From contig CBDAUE010000002.1 in NCBI GenBank assembly GCA_965200595.1, positions 346,237 through 410,236 on the forward strand: a DNA stretch of 64,000 nucleotides, written 5' to 3'. The notes under the pieces are model-generated. The model saw only the letters and a list, made by a program, of their open reading frames with translations. It was not told the origin of the DNA and made no database searches. Positions 53,534 to 64,000 of the stretch are shown here, in pieces (the first letter of the stretch is position 1; each line of letters opens with the position of its first letter). The stretch is from Thermodesulfobacteriota bacterium (lineage in GTDB: Bacteria; Desulfobacterota_D; UBA1144; Nemesobacterales; Nemesobacteraceae). The position numbers were made by a program, and so were the translations under genes.

Positions 53534-55018
53534 TTGACTGAGTGTTTTTACCGCCATGTCCTCCTTAAATGGAATATACGGGAATTTAACTTGAGCCTTT
53601 TAGACAGCCGTAAAAAGTATTTCAATATAGTTCCATTCTTTTCCGTATTTCTTTTCTGTTTTCTGATTTCATTTCTGGCGGTCTTTTTTTACCAGCATTT
53701 TCATTTCCCCCAAAGGTATGCCGATCTCACAGTTTCGAAAATGGAAGAAGTGTTTGCCGAGGAAGAGTTTTTTGCCCAACGTGCAAGAAGCGTTCTTGAT
53801 ACGAGAAACGATGTGGGGTACGTAAGGCTGCTTGATCAGTACGGCGTGCTTGAGAAGAGCTTCGGTTTTCAGGATGACAAAGGCTTTGAGAAACTCACAT
53901 TGAGAGGACCTGAGGGGAAGACTGTTCTTTTGGGGCTGAAAAAAAGTTCTTTGGGCGAGAAACTCTATCTGGACGCTTTTCTGTGGAGCCTTGTTTTCGC
54001 TTTCCTGATGTCGGCTGTATTTACCTTGCTGATACGTTTTGTAACCGGTCGGGCATTTGGGTTTCTGGGGGAGTTTTCCAGGGCTTTAGGTTCTGTTGCC
54101 AGAGGAGATTATTCAGTCCGTCTGGATGGACAGTCGTCGATTATTGCGGCAGCAGGGGTTAAGCGGCTTTGCCGTGAATTCAACGAAATGGCCTCTTCGC
54201 TCGAAACCGAAACCCCCGCCCCGGACTATACGGAGGATTTGCAGGATCTGGACTCTGAAAGTTCCCCTGAAACGCAGATTGATTTGCGTCCGGAAATAGT
54301 GTTGAGCGAGGAACAATCCTCTGATGCTTCTCCGTTTGCGGCTCCGGAGGATTCGTCTGATGAAGGGTTTGTTGAAGTTATTCATATTTCTGATGAACAA
54401 GAGGATGCCGAACCCGAACAAGAGACTCTTTCTGTAGTTACAGAGGTTTCGGATGCCGAGGAAAAAAAGACAGATGTCAGCATACTCGTCGTGAAAATTG
54501 CGGATTTTGAAAGCATGATTGAAGCTGTTTTGCCATCCAAAGCCAACTCTGTTAAGGCCGATTACAGAAAATTCGTTTCGACCCTTGTAAATTCCTTCGG
54601 AGGAACCATAGAGTCCATACTTCGCGATGAGGTAGTGGCTTCTTTCACCGGATCCGGACCCGAATCCGTTTCAAAGCTCAGTTGTGTATGCTGCGCGGTT
54701 GAGATGATGCAGGTTTTCTACGGGCTGGTCGATGGACAAAAAGTGTCTGAACCGTCGGATATAAAGCTTAAAATAGGCATTTCCTCAGCCAGTTTGTCGG
54801 TCTCAGACGAATCGGATGTTATTGCGCTTGCAAAACCCTTTGTGGATGAGGCCAAGACTCTTTGCAGTGAAGCGAGGCCCTGGAGCGTCTTTGTTACAAC
54901 AGATTTTCGCGAGGGTGTAAGCGATTATCTTGAAGTCAGACGTGAAAAGGCCAATGGGAATCTCTGTTACGCCGTTACCGGAGTTGAGCAGGAAGCTTTG
55001 GAGCGGAGCAAAAACTAA
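53534..55018 (+). CDS. 2-TM HAMP protein with degenerate class III nucleotide cyclase-like domain
   Basis: Two TMs, HAMP (VARGDYSVR..EFNEMA), acidic linker, VSILVVKIADF / GGTIESILRDEVVASF / KIGI; start uncertain. Confidence 0.7.
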   Translation: MTECFYRHVLLKWNIREFNLSLLDSRKKYFNIVPFFSVFLFCFLISFLAVFFYQHFHFPQRYADLTVSKMEEVFAEEEFFAQRARSVLDTRNDVGYVRLLDQYGVLEKSFGFQDDKGFEKLTLRGPEGKTVLLGLKKSSLGEKLYLDAFLWSLVFAFLMSAVFTLLIRFVTGRAFGFLGEFSRALGSVARGDYSVRLDGQSSIIAAAGVKRLCREFNEMASSLETETPAPDYTEDLQDLDSESSPETQIDLRPEIVLSEEQSSDASPFAAPEDSSDEGFVEVIHISDEQEDAEPEQETLSVVTEVSDAEEKKTDVSILVVKIADFESMIEAVLPSKANSVKADYRKFVSTLVNSFGGTIESILRDEVVASFTGSGPESVSKLSCVCCAVEMMQVFYGLVDGQKVSEPSDIKLKIGISSASLSVSDESDVIALAKPFVDEAKTLCSEARPWSVFVTTDFREGVSDYLEVRREKANGNLCYAVTGVEQEALERSKN

Positions 55019-55156
55019 CCGCTTTTTCCCTGCTTCTCTACGTCCTTTTAGTTCAGTTTTCTACCATTCCTGTTATATTTTCTCATATCCGGACTGAAAA
55101 AACAGTTTCTCAGCCGGCAGCAGGTTGCCTGCTGTGCGCAAAGGGGTTTTTATTAG

Positions 55157-57778
55157 ATGAAGGGATACGAGGTTAGAAGAGAATTTATCGAGTATTTCTC
55201 CAAGAGGGGACACGAACCGGTGCGCAGTTCCGTTCTTGTGCCGGATAACGATCCGACCCTGCTGTTTACCAACGCCGGAATGGTTCAGTTCAAAAATGTT
55301 TTCACTGGAAATGAGACCAGAGATTTCAAACGGGCGGTTTCTTCCCAGAAGTGCCTCAGGGCAGGGGGCAAGCACAACGATCTTGACAATGTCGGGTATA
55401 CGGCAAGACACCACACTTTTTTTGAGATGCTCGGAAACTTTTCCTTTGGTGATTACTTCAAGGAAGGGGCCATCAACTATGGATGGGAACTCATTACCGA
55501 TGTCTACGGACTTCCCAGGGAAAAACTCTGGGTCACGGTTTATGAAGACGACGACGAGGCTTTTGAGATCTGGAACAAAGATGTCGGCGTTCCCAAAACA
55601 AGGATCGTCAGGATGGGGGATAAAGACAATTTCTGGTCAATGGGGGATACGGGTCCGTGCGGTCCGTGCTCAGAGATACTGATAGATCAGGGAGAATCGC
55701 TTGGCTGCGGAAAATCAACTTGTGCCGTCGGATGCGAGTGCGATCGTTACCTTGAACTGTGGAATCTGGTTTTCATGCAGTTTGAGAGAAACGAAAAAGG
55801 AGAGATGACGTCTCTTCCTCGTCCAAGCATCGACACGGGACTTGGACTTGAAAGACTTGCGGCGGTTCTTCAAGGAGTGCGCAGCAACTATGAGACCGAC
55901 CTTCTCAGAGGGATAATAAACAGTATAGAGGAGCTTTGTGGAAGAGATTACCCCGCTGACCGCTCGACCGAGGTTGCAATGAGGGTTATAGCGGATCACT
56001 CAAGAGCGCTTGCCTTTCTGATATCGGACGGAGTATTCCCCTCAAACGAGGGCAGGGGATATGTTCTTAGGAGAATACTCAGAAGAGCCGTCCGCCACTC
56101 CAAGTTTCTGGGAATAGACGAACCCTTTATCTACAGAGTCCTGCCCGCGGTTCAGGGGATCATGGGGGATGCTTATCCCGAGATCAGGGAAAAGGAGGAT
56201 TTTGTATCTCAGGTTGTAAGAAGCGAGGAGGAGAGGTTCCTTGAGACGGTGGACAGAGGACTTGAACTTCTTAACCAGGAAATAGCAAAACTCGGGGAAA
56301 AAAAGAAGCTGCCGGGCAAGGTGGTTTTCAGTCTCTACGATACATACGGATTCCCGGTTGACCTGACCGAAGATATAACTAAAAACGAGGGTATAGATAT
56401 TGACCTGCGAGGCTTTGAAAAGGAAATGGAAAGGCAGAGAACCAAGTCAAGAAAAGCCCGCGGCGGTGCAGAAAATGCCCTTGCGTCCGTTTTGCCTGAA
56501 CTTGCCGGAGAGATGGAAACCCAGTTTGTTGGTTACAGGACCCTTTCCTGTGAAGGAGCGGTTGTCGGAATAATAAACCGGGGAGAAGTTTCTGACACCG
56601 CCCGGGAAAGCCAGGAAGCCGAGATAATTACCGACGTCACCCCTTTTTACGGGGAGTCGGGCGGACAGGTCGGGGACAGAGGCAAAATTGCAGGGCCGGG
56701 ATTTCACGCTAAAGTCCTCGACACGAAAAAGCTCACCCCCACATTTTTCATTCACAATGTTTTTATCGAGAAGGGGAATGCACATGTCGGCGACCGGGTA
56801 CATATGGATGTTGATCCCGTGTTCAGACAGAGTGTTATGGCTCACCACACTTCAACGCATGTGCTTCACGCCGTTTTAAAGGAAGTTCTCGGCACTCACG
56901 TAAACCAGGCGGGGTCGTTTGTCGGGCCCGACAGGCTGAGGTTTGATTTCAGCCACTATTCCTCAATTGACAAACAGCAGCTCGATTCCATAGAACAGAT
57001 CATTAACGAGAGAATAAGGCGTGACGACAAGGTCGTGACGAAAGAAGATGTTCCGTACGACGAGGCCATAAAAGACGGGTCCACAGCTATATTTGAAGAA
57101 AAATACGGCGACAGGGTAAGGGTGGTGACAATAGGGGACTACAGCAAAGAGCTTTGCGGCGGTACCCATGTCAGAGCCTCGGGCGAAATAGGAATGGTGA
57201 AGATAATGTCTGAGAGCGCGTCTTCTGCGGGGATAAGGAGAATTGAGGCCGTAAGCGGTCAGGCGGCATGGAGTTACATGAAAGGGCAGGAAGATGTTCT
57301 GAACGAATTTTCCGTAACTCTGAACGCTCCCCATTCAGAACTTCTTTCCAGGCTTGCGGGAATGATTGATGAAAATGCCCGGCTCCAGGCGGAAATCGAA
57401 TCTTTCAGGGCGAGGACTCTTGTAGAAACGGCCGCCGGGCTGATTGAAAAAGTTGAGGATATAGGAGGAGTTAACCTCCTTAGGGTCAAAGTTTCTGTTT
57501 CAAAACCAGCACAACTGCGTTCTCTTTGGGATTATCTGAAGGGAAGAATGAATAACGGAGTTGCTGTGCTTGCCGCTGAGAGCGGAGGCCGGGTTTTTAT
57601 TCTTGTGGGTATTACCAAAGATATTGTCGGCAGATATCATGCCGGAAAAATTGTAAAGGAGCTTGCCGGAATTGTAGGCGGAAAAGGAGGCGGGGGTGCC
57701 GAGATGGCGCAGGCAGGCGGAAATATGCCCGGAAACATACCGAAGATGCTTGGATACTTGAAAGAGATAGTTAGTTGA
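55157..57778 (+). CDS. alaS: alanine--tRNA ligase
   Basis: LLFTNAGMVQFK, HHTFFEMLGNFSFGDYFK, ELCGGTHV, GKGGG. Confidence 0.98.
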   Translation: MKGYEVRREFIEYFSKRGHEPVRSSVLVPDNDPTLLFTNAGMVQFKNVFTGNETRDFKRAVSSQKCLRAGGKHNDLDNVGYTARHHTFFEMLGNFSFGDYFKEGAINYGWELITDVYGLPREKLWVTVYEDDDEAFEIWNKDVGVPKTRIVRMGDKDNFWSMGDTGPCGPCSEILIDQGESLGCGKSTCAVGCECDRYLELWNLVFMQFERNEKGEMTSLPRPSIDTGLGLERLAAVLQGVRSNYETDLLRGIINSIEELCGRDYPADRSTEVAMRVIADHSRALAFLISDGVFPSNEGRGYVLRRILRRAVRHSKFLGIDEPFIYRVLPAVQGIMGDAYPEIREKEDFVSQVVRSEEERFLETVDRGLELLNQEIAKLGEKKKLPGKVVFSLYDTYGFPVDLTEDITKNEGIDIDLRGFEKEMERQRTKSRKARGGAENALASVLPELAGEMETQFVGYRTLSCEGAVVGIINRGEVSDTARESQEAEIITDVTPFYGESGGQVGDRGKIAGPGFHAKVLDTKKLTPTFFIHNVFIEKGNAHVGDRVHMDVDPVFRQSVMAHHTSTHVLHAVLKEVLGTHVNQAGSFVGPDRLRFDFSHYSSIDKQQLDSIEQIINERIRRDDKVVTKEDVPYDEAIKDGSTAIFEEKYGDRVRVVTIGDYSKELCGGTHVRASGEIGMVKIMSESASSAGIRRIEAVSGQAAWSYMKGQEDVLNEFSVTLNAPHSELLSRLAGMIDENARLQAEIESFRARTLVETAAGLIEKVEDIGGVNLLRVKVSVSKPAQLRSLWDYLKGRMNNGVAVLAAESGGRVFILVGITKDIVGRYHAGKIVKELAGIVGGKGGGGAEMAQAGGNMPGNIPKMLGYLKEIVS

Positions 57779-57929
57779 ATTTCTCCTTTCCTGCTCAAGC
57801 CTGTCGTTATTGTTTCTTACTTGGACATTCAGTGAAATTTCCCCGTTGCTCGGGTCAGTGAACTTCCTGACTTCAGCATATTCGTAACGTGGTTTCAAGT
57901 TCGAAACGCAACAGGTGAAGTAAACTAAA

Positions 57930-58170
57930 AAGGGGCAAGTTGCGACAGTCTTCGCAACTGTCTTTTAGGACTAACCAGAAGGAGCGTTTAAATGAGAAAA
58001 CCAAAGTAGCTTACCCAAGCAAAAAGATACCAGATTGAGATCCTGTGCAGAGCAGGATTCAACCAGACCCGGACAGCAAAGCGCCTGGGCGTACACAAGT
58101 CGACCATAAGCAGGGAGCTTAGACGCAACCGCGGGAAACAGGGTTATTGATCAGAACAGGAACAGACAAC
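57930..58170 (+). pseudogene. IS30-family transposase N-terminal remnant
   Basis: From 57992: MRKPK*LTQAKRYQIEIL...LGVHKSTISRELRRN (IS30 HTH) with internal stops; cut by IS3 copy 3; upstream hairpin AGTTGCGA..TCGCAACT. Confidence 0.8.
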
Positions 58171-59491
58171 AGAAGTGGACCCCAAAAATCAGACAGCACC
58201 TTAAGTGTATTTCCTTGGTATTCTAAAAGAGTATACAGGAGGTACATAATGAAGAGTAAAAGACGTAATCATTCACCGCAGTTCAAGGCAAAGGTAGCGT
58301 TTTTGGCGGTAAAAGGAGACAAGACAGTAGCGGAGCTTGCCCGGCAGTTTGAGGTTCATCCCAATCAGATAAGCATGTGGAAGAAGAAGCAGCTCGGCAA
58401 CGCCGCGGACAAAGTGTTCGGCCAGGGGGCGGGCAGCAAGGCGGCGGGCGAGAGCAAGTACGTAAACCAGCTTGAATCCAAGGTGGGCCAGCTGACGCTG
58501 GAGAACGATTTTTTATCAAAGGCGCTCGGTCGGCAGCGGCGCAAGAAGTTGGTAGTGCGCGGCCGGGCACTTTCTTTGGTAAGGCAGTGCAAACTGCTGG
58601 ATATAAATCGCTCAAATATTTACTACAAACCTGTGGGGGTATCCCCGCAGGACGAAGAGATTATGAAGAAGATTGACAGGATCTACATTAAGTATCCGTT
58701 TAAGGGTTCAAGAAGGATGGTGTACGCCCTTAAGGCACAGGGCGTACAGGTGGGCAGAAAGCGTGTTATGAGGCTTATGGGGATACGAGGGCTTGCTCCC
58801 GGCCCCCAGACTACAAAGAAAGGGGGAGCAGAGCACAGGATATACCCGTATCTGCTGCGGGGGAAGACTGTAGAGCTTCCCGGGCAGGTATGGGCGGCAG
58901 ACATAACGTATATAGAGATGAGCAGGGGTTTTGTGTATCTGTGTGCGGTAATGGACTGGCACTCGTGCAAGGTTCTTAGCTGGAGAGTGTCTAACACAAT
59001 GGACAGCAGTTTTTGCGTGGAGGCTCTGGAAGAAGCGCTTTACAAGTATGATAAGCCCGAGATATTCAACACCGATCAAGGAAGTCAGTTCACAAGTGAA
59101 GAGTTTACGGGAGTTCTTAAAGACAGAGATATAAAGATAAGCATGGACGGCAAGGGAAGCTGGAGAGACAATGTTTTTGTGGAGAGGCTTTGGAGAAGTG
59201 TTAAGTACGAGGAAGTGTATCTGATGGCATATGAATCCGTTGCCTCGGCAAAGGCAGGTATAGGGAAGTGGATAGATTTTTACAATGAAAAAAGACCACA
59301 TCAGGGGCTTGGAATGAAAACACCGGATGAGGTTTACTATGGTCTTGGGACAGCACAGAAGAATGTGGCTTGAAGCAATGAGACAAACAGAGCAGAGAGT
59401 TTATGGTTTTGGGATTCTTAAAGATGTTTATGCGTTGGTGGGAATACACTTAAGAAAACAAAAATGCTGTCTAAAAAAGGGGACCACCTCT
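58171..59491 (+). mobile_element. IS3-family element copy 3; transposase 58249-59373
   Basis: Near-identical to copies 1 and 2; flanks AAC/TTC do not match. Confidence 0.96.
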
Positions 59492-59681
59492 TTCTGCCAA
59501 GCACAGCCGCTACGCAAACCGCATTCCCCAGCGGACATGGATACGGGGGGGGGGAGTCTCTGCCTGTCGGATTTCTCAAGAATACATACAAAGTTCCCGA
59601 CTTGCCTGCATGATTACTGCAATACATGCAAATCGGGAACCTAGCTGCCGTTCTAGCCAGTTAGCCTAGAACTTTCAAACC

Positions 59682-61106
59682 TTAATTTTTCGTCCGAAGC
59701 ACCTTTCCCCCAAAACCCCCAAAAAACATAACCGCGGCTACAAGAAAGAAGCTAAGTCCTGCGGCTTTGAGCTTGCCCTCACCCACAGAAGCAATGGTAC
59801 ATCCCCCGCTATCTCCATTATCCTGTTCTGGCTCCCGATCCATGAAATTCGGAAATTCACCAAGGTATCCACGGGCGAGTTCAGACAAGTCATCAGGGAT
59901 ATCCTGACACATTCCTCCCTCGGGCTCGTAAGTGTTCTTGTCCGGATATATTCCAGAGCCGATAACCACATCATAAGGAGAAAAGCCAAGATTTGTCTGC
60001 AGGAAGTAACCAAGTTTAACAGAAGTGCCGGGAGATAACCCCCTTATAGGATTTCCGCTGTCGTCAACCACCAGGTCATCGTCTCTGCGAGGATCAGACC
60101 AGTAGTATTCTAAAAATCCGTCGTCTACGCCATCCTGATCCAATATATTGCGAACAGTCGTCCCGTAGTCTATACAGCCGTCATACAGACGCACTGTTCC
60201 ATCTTCAAATTCAGTATTGAGTCCGTTAAAAATCACATATAGTCTATCAGTAAAGCTGATCAGATAGAAATATATCTCCCCGGATTTCCAGGGGCCGCCT
60301 TCTTCTCTCCAGCAGGGTCTGAGTCGAGTCACTCCTGCTATTATACTACCTACTTGCTGCCCCGGTGAGAGCCCCGGGGGAAGAAGGTCTTGAATCTTCT
60401 TAGCCTCGTCAGTAATATGCTCTTCTACAGTTTTGAGATAATCAACCAGACTGTCGCTGTCAGTCACCATAGAGGCGCTTGTACGCGTAAACTGCTCTCC
60501 ATCGGGATCTGTCGAAGTCTGACCGAAGTATCCTTCCCCGAGTTCAGGACACTGAATCAGATCATAGGAAACCTCTTCCAGTTCATGATCAAAGCCTGCA
60601 ACTAATATAAAGTCAGTGGTGGACCCTGCCTCGTTATGAGTGGTTTCAACTGCACAGATATGTCTTCCTTCTCTTCCGGTCCTTGTATCTTCAATACATA
60701 CAGATTCTCCATTCGCTGCTTCTACTCTATCCATTAGCTCTTTAAAAAGAGGGATATCTCCCAAAGACAAGTCTTTGGAAGTAGCATATTTTGCATGAAA
60801 TCTTATAACCTCACCTGCTTCTAATGTCAGAAATCCGGTAATTTCTTCATTAACGAGGATAATGTACGTGTTGCCGCTCTTCCATACTCCGTCGTCAGTC
60901 CTCAAGGCGTTTCGAAACTCCGTATGATCGTCAAAACCCCTGATCTGTTCCCATTGCTGTTTTGTGTTCAGCAAAAAAGCTCTCATCGCTTCCTCAGTGC
61001 CCGCGCTGCGCGCATCTGCGGCGGTGACGTTAGCAAACGCTAAATGCGTACCCCCTCCCAAGACACTAAAAACAAGTAAAAGACTCGAAAACAGTGTAAC
61101 TAGAGC
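59682..61106 (-). pseudogene. paralog of 4733-6199 (tandem Cache-like, GGC-TM-basic tail), 5'-truncated by IS insertions
   Basis: Open frame extends to ALVTLFSSLLLVFSV at 61106, but the MKK start is replaced by IS1182 plus IS3. Confidence 0.85.
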
Positions 61107-61110
61107 CTAG

Positions 61111-62893
61111 GAGTCTGTCGCTCTTAGCGAACAATTGAGGGGAAATCCAACTGATTCAGAGCTGGTGAAAGTCATATCGGCAAAAATCCTTGATTTTGGA
61201 GGTTCAGCTAAGCTTCGGGGAGCTGTTTTTACCTCAAATTCCCAATATTCTCTGCTCTCTCACCTCTTTGTCAGCCCTTCAACGCATACATTCTCTTCAG
61301 GTTGTACCCTATGCACACAAGATTCCACTCTCCGCGCACAGCTTCAAGCCCCCGCACCATAAACTGCCGGAATCCCATCACCTGCTTTATTATTCCGAAC
61401 ACAGGCTCTATCGTTGACTTGCGTTTTGAGTACATCTTTTTGCCTGCGGATGTTCCAAGCCTCCTCTGCATGTCTTCAACCGGTGTTGCCGGCTCTTTCT
61501 CCTCCTCATTGCACTGTGCGAATCTCTCCCAAAACGGTCTGTTGTGCTTCTCCCTGCGTTTGGATATATAAGGCTTTATCCCCGCCCTGTCACATAAGTT
61601 AACGTTGCTTGCACTGTAATATCCGCTGTCGGCAAGCAGATTCTCAGCCTTGCCAAGCCTCTGCTCATTCTCCTTTAACTGCTCAAGCACGGGCTCCATC
61701 TCACGCTTGTCGTTTGTGTTCTGCGTTACATGCCTGGTCACTATAAGTCTGCTCTCCACATCCACTGCACCCTGAGCGTTGTATGCCTGCTCAAATCCCC
61801 CTCCCGAAGGCATTATCCGCGAATCTCCGTCCACAAGATTCACCTGATCCTTATCCCTCGGTCTGCTCCCTCCTGCCTTCTTCCCGCTTTGCTTCTCATA
61901 CTGTTCCCGCTTCTCTACCTTCTCCCCGTACACTTCTGACTCCCGCTCATACCTGTGCTTTGCCCGCTCCTGTATCTCACGCTTCGCTTCCCGTCTCTGA
62001 AGTTCTTCGGGAACATTCATATCCTCTGGCAGTTTAGAGTTGTCAGCCTCCCGTGCAAGTCTCATCAGTTCCTTCACTTCTTTGTTCAGCTGCTTTTCTA
62101 TCTTCCTTGCCCTCTTCCAGCTCAGTGCCTTGTGCCTGCTCGCATTAGCCTTTATCTTCGTGCCATCCACACTCACCGTGCCCATCCCTATCTGTCCCGC
62201 TATCTGCAGTATCTGTACAAACAATACCCCAAGCTCCTTGCCAAACCTCTTGCGGAACCTGTTTATGCTGTCATGATCCGGATTGCTGTTAGCGCATATA
62301 TACCTGTACGCCACACTGTCATATGTTGCCTTCTCAAGCTTCCGGGAAGAGAATGTCCCCGTCGCGTATCCGTAGAACAGAAGAGCCACCTTCATTCCCG
62401 GATGATACGCTGCCGACCCCCTGCCCGAATACGCTATCTGTCCCGCTATCTGCAGTATCTGTACAAACAAATACCCCAAGCTCCTTGCCAAACCTCTTGC
62501 GGAACCTGTTTATGCTGTCATGATCCGGATTGCTGTTAGCGCATATATACCTGTACGCCACACTGTCATATGTTGCCTTCTCAAGCTTCCGGGAAGAGAA
62601 TGTCCCCGTCGCGTATCCGTAGAACAGAAGAGCCACCTTCATTCCCGGATGATACGCTGCCGACCCCCTGCCCGAATACGCTTCCGTCAGCCTTCTCAGA
62701 TCCAGCTGCTCAACTATCTCCACCACAAACCGGGCAAGATGGTCTTCGGGCAGATACTCTTCTATTGTAGGCGGAAACATCTGCGGCGTCTTGCGGTCTG
62801 CTGATACAAACCTCCGTCTCATTGTCTTCTCCTTCTCAGACATCTTGATACCGTTGTTTTAACATTAAATGACCGCTAAAGTCCGACAGACTC
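61111..62893 (-). mobile_element. IS1182-family element, transposase frameshifted (62334-62843 and 61271-62491)
   Basis: IRs GAGTCTGTCG / CGACAGACTC; CTAG duplication at 61107-61110 and 62894-62897; SSRKLE, DGTKIKANAS, YNAQ, LADSGY, IEPVFG. Confidence 0.93.
62188..62682. repeat. ~246-bp tandem duplication inside IS1182
   Basis: 62188-62433 repeated at 62434-62680 with one extra A; CT microhomology at the junction. Confidence 0.93.
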
Positions 62894-62897
62894 CTAG

Positions 62898-64000
62898 AGA
62901 GGTGGTCTCCTTTTTTAGACAGCATTTTTGTTTTCTTAAGTGTATTCCCACCAACGCATAACCATCTTTAAGACTCCCAAAACCATAAACTCTCTGCTCT
63001 GTTTGTCTCATTGCTTCAAGCCACATTCTTCTGTGCTGTCCCAAGACCATAGTAAACCTCATCCGGTGTTTTCATTCCAAGCCCCTGATGTGGTCTTTTT
63101 TCATTGTAAAAATCTATCCACTTCCCTATACCAGCCTTTGCCGAGGCAACGGATTCATATGCCATCAGATACACTTCCTCGTACTTAACACTTCTCCAAA
63201 GCCTCTCCACAAAAACATTGTCTCTCCAGCTTCCCTTGCCGTCCATGCTTATCTTTATATCTCTGTCTTTAAGAACTCCCGTAAACTCTTCACTTGTGAA
63301 CTGACTTCCTTGATCGGTGTTGAATATCTCGGGCTTATCATACTTGTAAAGCGCTTCTTCCAGAGCCTCCACGCAAAAACTGCTGTCCATTGTGTTAGAC
63401 ACTCTCCAGCTAAGAACCTTGCACGAGTGCCAGTCCATTACCGCACACAGATACACAAAACCCCTGCTCATCTCTATATACGTTATGTCTGCCGCCCATA
63501 CCTGCCCGGGAAGCTCTACAGTCTTCCCCCGCAGCAGATACGGGTATATCCTGTGCTCTGCTCCCCCTTTCTTTGTAGTCTGGGGGCCGGGAGCAAGCCC
63601 TCGTATCCCCATAAGCCTCATAACACGCTTTCTGCCCACCTGTACGCCCTGTGCCTTAAGGGCGTACACCATCCTTCTTGAACCCTTAAACGGATACTTA
63701 ATGTAGATCCTGTCAATCTTCTTCATAATCTCTTCGTCCTGCGGGGATACCCCCACAGGTTTGTAGTAAATATTTGAGCGATTTATATCCAGCAGTTTGC
63801 ACTGCCTTACCAAAGAAAGTGCCCGGCCGCGCACTACCAACTTCTTGCGCCGCTGCCGACCGAGCGCCTTTGATAAAAAATCGTTCTCCAGCGTCAGCTG
63901 GCCCACCTTGGATTCAAGCTGGTTTACGTACTTGCTCTCGCCCGCCGCCTTGCTGCCCGCCCCCTGGCCGAACACTTTGTCCGCGGCGTTGCCGAGCTGC
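62898..64000 (-). mobile_element. IS3-family element copy 4, cut by window edge
   Basis: Reverse-complement copy; right end AGAGGTGGTCTCC at 62898; transposase 3' part ends at 63016. Confidence 0.95.

Overview
Bacterial chromosome segment with mostly housekeeping genes: guaB-guaA, coaX, tsaD, thiC, aroQ, recJ, carB-greA-tonB-lspA-ribE-aroK-degP, mutL, efp, fur/perR, eda, mqnC, ptsH-hisD-hisC, lnt-lgt, tolB, thpR, rplU-rpmA and alaS. The gene set looks deltaproteobacteria-like, possibly Dadabacteria (inference only). Insertion sequences are abundant: four near-identical copies of a 1321-bp IS3-family element, two copies of a 1947-bp DDE element, one IS1182 with an internal duplication, an IS30 remnant and IS1380-like end motifs. 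Several genes are eroded. I found no rRNA, tRNA or CRISPR array. Main observations: (1) An IS3-aroQ-recJ-IS3 composite unit splits a nuclease-like gene, leaving a 3-bp target duplication that restores the frame. (2) Two paralogous secreted tandem Cache-like proteins have a GGC-TM-basic C-terminal sorting signal, conserved ends, a variable middle and a shared 3' hairpin; one also has poly-G tracts, and both are disrupted. (3) A 904-aa 2x cNMP-binding + acyltransferase + SGNH hydrolase fusion. (4) An EF-P with Gln at the position-34 loop tip. (5) A HAMP-linked pseudo-cyclase. All assignments come from reading motifs by eye, without database searches.
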